Shown here: positions 9,114-10,971 of the stretch, one piece after another
How the letters are laid out: the number at the start of each line of letters is the position of its first letter
Position numbering within the stretch: position 1 is the stretch's first letter
NCBI GenBank assembly: GCA_913043225.1
Contig: CAJWLU010000047.1
Coordinates: 1-10,971 of the forward strand
Source: an uncultured Acidobacteriota bacterium
Lineage (GTDB): Bacteria; Acidobacteriota; Vicinamibacteria; Vicinamibacterales; UBA8438
DNA length: 10,971 nucleotides
Direction: 5' to 3'
The notes under the pieces: model-generated
Told to the model about the DNA's origin: nothing
Databases searched by the model: none
The model's input: only the letters and a program-made list of their open reading frames with translations
Translations under genes and position numbers: made by a program

Positions 9114-9119
9114 TACAAT
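9114..9119 (+). promoter_or_regulatory. Putative -10 box (TACAAT) for the tRNA
   Basis: TACAAT lies 18 nt upstream of the tRNA 5' end. The nearby TTGACG (9097-9102) is only 11 bp away, so it is not a canonical -35. Confidence 0.45.
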
Positions 9120-9137
9120 CGGATGAGTCGCACCTAT

Positions 9138-9221
9138 GCCGAGGTGGCGAAACTGGCAGACGCACGGGACTTAAAATCCCGTGGGCGCAAGCCCGTGCGG
9201 GTTCGATCCCCGCCCTCGGCA
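9138..9221 (+). tRNA. tRNA-Leu, anticodon UAA
   Basis: Acceptor stem GCCGAGG/CCTCGGC with discriminator A; D-loop with TGG; anticodon arm CGGGA-CTTAAAA-TCCCG (TAA at 9172-9174); long variable arm GGGC-GCAA-GCCC; T-loop GGTTCGATCCC. The 3' CCA is not encoded (followed by CTA). Confidence 0.97.
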
Positions 9222-9250
9222 CTACTTTTCCTTAGCAAAACCGGCCATTG

Positions 9251-9277
9251 GTGAGCGGGCGTCCCGCTCACTGTTTT
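9251..9277 (+). terminator. Intrinsic terminator downstream of tRNA-Leu
   Basis: Perfect 9-bp stem GTGAGCGGG-cgt-CCCGCTCAC followed by TGTTTT. Confidence 0.65.
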
Positions 9278-9731
9278 CCCGTTTCGGTTGGTTTCGGTAA
9301 ACGCACACAACGACACCGTCCCAGTTCGGCTATCGATCCGCCAAGCAGATAAAGTCCTGCCAACTTCACCGGCGTGGACTATCTGATACCGCCCATTACC
9401 GCCAAGCTGTGCTTCTGTCTCCCGTGAGGTCGCCAGGACGATCAAGAGAACCGCAATCACCGTGAGTAGGATGCCCGGAATCAGTCGCGCCATTGTGTCC
9501 TCCACGTGTATTCGGTGTGCCACACCGCTGTACGGATAGACCGGCCACCCCGCGGGCCAGCCGACCCACCGCACCGTCCGTCGCTGGCACCAATTCTAGT
9601 GGTCCCGACACCGCCGGTGACGCCAGTCACCGTGAGTCTTCCTGTATCGACCTCCGTCATGGAGACATTCTGGAGACGGCTGTTGGGTCTCTGGCGGGAC
9701 GTTAATTGATTAACGACGGATCTGTGACCGC

Positions 9732-10421
9732 CTAGTTCATGGCCTCGAGGAAGTAGTCCACACGAAGCCGACAGGGATCGCACAATGTCATCCACCCTGC
9801 CCGCCCGCGCAGGCGAGCCCAAGACAGTTTGTCGCTCACGAAGTAGACCCATCGGAGGTCAAGGGCAGCGGTTCCGCAACCCGGACAGGCGACGCTGTGA
9901 TCCCGATAGCGCGCCTTTGCCTGCTCGAGCGATGGTCCAGCCCCTCCTCCAAGACGTAGGCTTGCAGGGGCAGCAGCGGATCTCTCGCTCACCTCCTCGA
10001 TCAGGGCCGACGACCACTCCTGGGTCCCCTCAAGCGACGGCACTTCGGGCGACAGCTCGCGATCACACTCCCTCTCCAAGGCCGAATACTCCTCGGCCAT
10101 CTCTCTAAGCCACTGCTTCGTCGCCTTGCGTGCACGCAGCGCCATGAACTCTGACCACGTCTGGGCACGATGATCTTCAAGCCATTCGAGGACATCCGGG
10201 AAGGACCGGTCCTTGTTGAGCAGGCGCTGCAGAATGTCTACATCTGCGGCAGTCAGAGGATCAGACAGGAAGGACTTCAACATGTGCAGCCGAGGCGTAA
10301 TCCAACTCTCGGTGATGAACAGCACCTCGGGCCCCTTGTTGCAGGCTGCACAGAAGGCATCTAGGGCGACGTCACGACTCTGTCCGGCGCGCATTGTCAT
10401 GCCGTCATGGGCGGGGGGCAT
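9732..10421 (-). CDS. Hypothetical protein with a C-terminal CxxC-x31-CxxC putative zinc-binding domain
   Basis: 229-aa open frame with N-terminal CAAC, a helical middle and C-terminal CPGC...WVYF...W...GRAGWMTLCDPC...VDYFLEAMN. The start is uncertain (ATG at 10421, 10400 or 10394). Confidence 0.65.
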   Translation of the reverse strand: MPPAHDGMTMRAGQSRDVALDAFCAACNKGPEVLFITESWITPRLHMLKSFLSDPLTAADVDILQRLLNKDRSFPDVLEWLEDHRAQTWSEFMALRARKATKQWLREMAEEYSALERECDRELSPEVPSLEGTQEWSSALIEEVSERSAAAPASLRLGGGAGPSLEQAKARYRDHSVACPGCGTAALDLRWVYFVSDKLSWARLRGRAGWMTLCDPCRLRVDYFLEAMN

Positions 10422-10492
10422 TCGACTACTAGACCAGCCGCCACCGAGTTATGCGACTGGAGATATAGCTGAGACGATGAGATAGATTACTT

Positions 10493-10505
10493 CAACCCAT
10501 TGATA
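10493..10505 (-). promoter_or_regulatory. IHF-binding consensus site
   Basis: Minus strand TATCAA-TGGG-TTG is an exact match to WATCAANNNNTTR and is preceded by an A/T tract (10506-10518). Confidence 0.6.
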
Positions 10506-10566
10506 ATAAATAAATTAACTGGCTTTCGAGAAGACGAGTACCGTAACCGCCTGCGAACTCCCAGTT

Positions 10567-10837
10567 AGATAGGCCTCTATCTCTTGCGGAGGCGGACAAA
10601 CTGCAGCCGGCGCGTGAATTCTCCCAGGAAGTGATCGACCACTGGGCGGGGAGCTTCACGCTTCTCTCTAGGGAAACCCCAGACCAAGAGAGTCTGGCGA
10701 CCGATTAGTGGTGAATCTTCGTTCACCACCTCGAGAGACTTGCTGAGAGCGGTTTGGGGTGTAACGTCCCTTTCGGAATAAGGGTGCTGGCGGGAGTAAA
10801 ACAAGAACGAGTAAATAACCACAACCTGTTTAGGTTG
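10567..10837. other. Hairpin-dense segment, candidate structured ncRNA or ssDNA element
   Basis: At least six local stems plus two nested long-range helices can be read by eye (see findings). No convincing gene covers the segment. Confidence 0.35.
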
Positions 10838-10971
10838 AATGATTTAAGAGGAGTATAACCGTATTCGCTGTGCCCGTGTCGCTGGTCACCTGTGCACTGG
10901 TGTCCACCGCAATACCCCTGAGTGAACCCCAGTCGGGGAGAGATAGGGGAGACGCCCACCGACCGCACCCC

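Larger units (their letters stand above)
9134..9493 (-). pseudogene. Exported/membrane-anchored hypothetical protein, apparently 3'-truncated near 9300 and reading through the antisense of the tRNA
   Basis: SD GGAGG (9503-9499) then ATG 9493 and the signal/TM segment MARLIPGILLTVIAVLLIVLA. Protein-like up to AWRIDSRTGTVSLC, then continues through the terminator and tRNA antisense to TAG at 9136-9134. Confidence 0.55.
9222..10971. mobile_element. Putative degenerate genomic island(s) at the tRNA-Leu(UAA) 3' end
   Basis: After the tRNA the dense host-like gene packing ends. What follows is a truncated gene, orphan ORFs, A/T-richer patches, short direct repeats with 10-11 bp period and a perfect IHF consensus. 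No integrase or duplicated tRNA 3' end is present in the window. Confidence 0.5.

Noticed and set aside
8972..9133. 54-aa extension of the PQQ dehydrogenase ORF
   Set aside because: A strong SD and signal peptide point to ATG 8971, and the extension crosses the tRNA promoter region.
10510..10568. TAACTGGC followed by a short frame, resembling a tmRNA resume site
   Set aside because: The peptide GFREDEYRNRLRTPS lacks an Ala-rich tag end, and no tRNA-like 5'/3' domains are present.
10636..10710. Cobalamin riboswitch or hammerhead resemblance (CCACTGGG..GGGAG; GAAAC; CCGATTA)
   Set aside because: The other conserved cores (B12 box, CUGANGA in the correct junction order) are missing.
10577..10968. 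Minus-strand ORFs 10577-10822 and 10723-10968 as real genes
   Set aside because: No SD, atypical composition, mutually overlapping and no recognisable motif, so they are not called as CDS.
1..10971. CRISPR array, IS element or integrase gene
   Set aside because: No regularly spaced 25-45 bp repeats, no terminal inverted repeats with a transposase, and no recombinase motifs seen in any ORF.

Overview
High-GC bacterial chromosomal window. The gene set (YtxH-YihY-PheA-YyaL plus an exported PQQ dehydrogenase) suggests Acidobacteriota, possibly Vicinamibacterales; this is inference only. Left, minus strand: the start of a leucine-catabolism-type operon, with a methylcrotonyl-CoA carboxylase beta subunit, an enoyl-CoA hydratase gene collapsed in frame to 66 aa (N-terminus fused to C-terminus), and the 5' end of the biotin carboxylase subunit. 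A leaderless 56-aa Cys-rich microprotein precedes it. Middle, plus strand: a tightly coupled operon YtxH - YihY/BrkB - pheA - YyaL/DUF255 - hypothetical. A signal-peptide PQQ glucose-dehydrogenase-family gene converges on it. Right: tRNA-Leu(UAA), followed by an island-like accessory region (about 9222-10971). That region holds a truncated exported-protein gene, a multi-CxxC hypothetical, three putative integrase attachment-arm signatures (one with a perfect IHF consensus), an attC-like palindrome and a ~270-nt hairpin-dense segment that may be an undescribed structured RNA or ssDNA element. No integrase is visible inside the window.
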